Shown piece after piece: positions 63,113-64,000 of a stretch of 64,000 bases of DNA. Under the pieces are notes generated by a model. It searched no databases. It was not told the origin of the DNA and saw only the letters and a list, made by a program, of their open reading frames with translations. The number at the start of each line of letters is the position of its first letter. Positions within the stretch are counted from its first letter, which is position 1. The DNA is from Hydrolagus affinis (taxonomy: Eukaryota): contig JAAILG010000763.1 in assembly GCA_012026655.1 (NCBI GenBank), forward strand, positions 1 through 64,000. Reading direction: 5' to 3'. A program made the position numbers and the translations under genes.

Positions 63113-64000
63113 CTGAAATCAAAGGAAAATTCGGTGTGAAATTCTATTTTAGGCCAATAACGGTTTCTAAAATCAAAATTTCTTTGTTTTGTTTAGAAAC
63201 AACACTAAAACAAGAGCTTATGCCCCAAAATAAAGCAAAACAAACTGCCACTCAAGTCTATCAAGATCATAAGTAATGCACCAGAAATTGGTTAAGGTTT
63301 TCATTAAACGAACATGGATATGCAGTGTCAAACCCAAGCAAGTTGGCTACGCTTTGTGCCTGTACACTCTGAGAATCCAACTCCCGCGCTTCCTCTCTCA
63401 CCAGAGCTCCTTAACAACCTAACAATTTATAGAACTCCTCCAATTAAGAAGCACTGCATCATTCATTGGTTCGCAGTTTGAAAAAAAGAATTTATGATGT
63501 GTAATTACTGAAACTCAATTTTTATACCTCGGGTTGGATTGGTACTTATTATGATATCTTAGGAAGGTCAATGCAATTAATGTTACGGTAGAATATACTT
63601 ACTGTTGCCTCTTTGTACAATAATTTCTCTTTGTGAAAAGCCCTTTGTGAAAGGTGCTATCCATGTACAAAGATGTTGTTTATTGCTATGTTAGAAAATC
63701 CTGCTTTTTTTTTAATGGTTTATGTATTTCTATTTTTAAACAAGTCCTACTTATAATTGTATTGCACAGTTACAAGCTGCAGCCCATTTTATTGTCACTG
63801 CAGGTTCAGTGCACATCACACAACAGGAACAGACGTGCAGGTGGCAGCTTATTCACAACTTGCAGTTGGTTATTATTTTGGGATTAACACAAGTTTTTGA
63901 GAGCAGCAGGACTTATGAGGTATGAACGTTTCCAAATAAAGAACAGCATCTGCTTCCTGATAACACATACAAACTGTATCACTGAAACTGACAGAGCTAA

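Noticed and set aside
1-64000. CRISPR arrays, operons, endogenous viral ORFs, rRNA or snoRNA genes
   Set aside because: No regularly spaced repeats, no long non-LINE ORFs and no recognisable RNA-gene motifs; small RNAs would need an Rfam/Infernal search to exclude.

Overview
Vertebrate genomic DNA. The repeat content (tRNA-headed L2-tailed SINEs, Deu-domain SINEs, CR1 and L2 LINEs) points to a cartilaginous fish, probably a chimaera or elephant shark; this is inference from recalled repeat families. The window holds the 3' part of one protein-coding gene on the minus strand, ADAMTS17 (secreted metalloprotease). I traced 13 GT-AG exons from 63112 down to the stop codon at 15974-15976. Their phases join into one open frame of 1887 nt (628 aa plus stop) covering the end of the disintegrin-like region, TSR1, the Cys-rich domain, the spacer, TSR2-5 and PLAC. 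The 5' exons lie beyond the right edge. A probable ~3.2 kb 3' UTR ends near 12790. Positions 1-12400 are intergenic, with repeats, a 100-N gap and a few enhancer-like blocks. I found no wholly new biological system. The best leads are a symmetric 81-nt spacer cassette exon, a cryptic consensus donor, inverted SINE pairs around exons, a palindromic MITE-like family, a templated insertion inside a SINE, and a sense-strand bias of tiny L2 3' tails. Exon coordinates are exact; repeat boundaries are approximate; repeat family names and mammalian comparisons are from memory, not database searches.
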